IMG/VR virus record: IMGVR_UViG_3300027833_000021
Span: 1 to 64,000 of that record
Source of the DNA: a virus
Length of the DNA: 64,000 nt
Strand: one strand, 5' to 3'
Shown: positions 63,940-64,000 of the stretch, piece by piece
Layout of the letters: each line of letters starts with the position of its first letter
Numbering within the stretch: the first letter of the stretch is position 1
The notes under the pieces: model-generated
Told to the model about the DNA's origin: nothing
Databases searched by the model: none
What the model saw: only the letters and a program-made list of their open reading frames with translations
Translations under genes and position numbers: made by a program

Positions 63940-64000
63940 TTGGCAGAAAATAAAGAATTTAAATGTTCGTTTTGTGGTAAACCAAAGAACGAAATTAAAA
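63940..64000 (+). CDS. clpX: ClpX-like protein, N-terminal Zn-binding domain (truncated by window end)
   Basis: TTG start after AGGT; MAENKEFKCSFCGKPKNEIK. Confidence 0.65.
   Translation, partial: MAENKEFKCSFCGKPKNEIK

Noticed and set aside
1-64000. tRNA, tmRNA or rRNA genes
   Set aside because: No cloverleaf with a TTC-type T-arm and acceptor stem seen in the short intergenic gaps; a tRNAscan/Aragorn run would confirm.
1-64000. Stop-codon reassignment (alternative genetic code)
   Set aside because: Conserved genes are full length under the standard code, and TAA, TAG and TGA all occur as stops.

Overview
A 64-kb, AT-rich, densely coding fragment of a large lytic T4-like myovirus (contractile tail), probably aquatic and infecting a proteobacterium. 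Almost all genes are on the + strand. The gene set resembles what I recall of the Rak2/GAP32-like jumbo phages, but this is inference and was not searched. It contains: (i) morphogenesis genes (tail tube, tube-like baseplate protein, gp4-like head completion nuclease, small and large terminase, many acidic head/core proteins, two repeat-rich fibre proteins, a PAAR-lysozyme fusion); (ii) replication/recombination genes (gp32-like SSB, UvsX, UvsY, UvsW, primase, DnaB-like helicase, gp62-like subunit, a ~197-aa DnaE-like polymerase core, PD-(D/E)XK exonuclease); (iii) nucleotide metabolism (nrdA, nrdB, prs, PRTase); (iv) an accessory block (glycosyltransferase, DUF1415-like, aminoacyl-tRNA-protein-transferase-like, amidinotransferase, YggX, thioesterase, epimerase, peptide deformylase, ferredoxin, ArfA-like, ClpP, start of ClpX). 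Two promoter classes are visible: sigma70-type TTGACA-N16-18-TATAAT and a T4-late-like (G/T/C)ATAAATA box. Leading novelty candidates: a late three-gene operon pairing a tRNA-dependent transferase-like protein with an amidinotransferase; an RNA-ligase-like and a Pnk-like enzyme that both carry capsid-targeting-like leaders; a tandem array of UGAGA..UUCCG hairpins in the leader of the giant fibre gene; a pseudoknotted intergenic RNA; a miniature/split DnaE; leaderless mRNAs; and an A11 slippery site joining two reading frames. All functional calls come from motif recognition by eye, not database searches.
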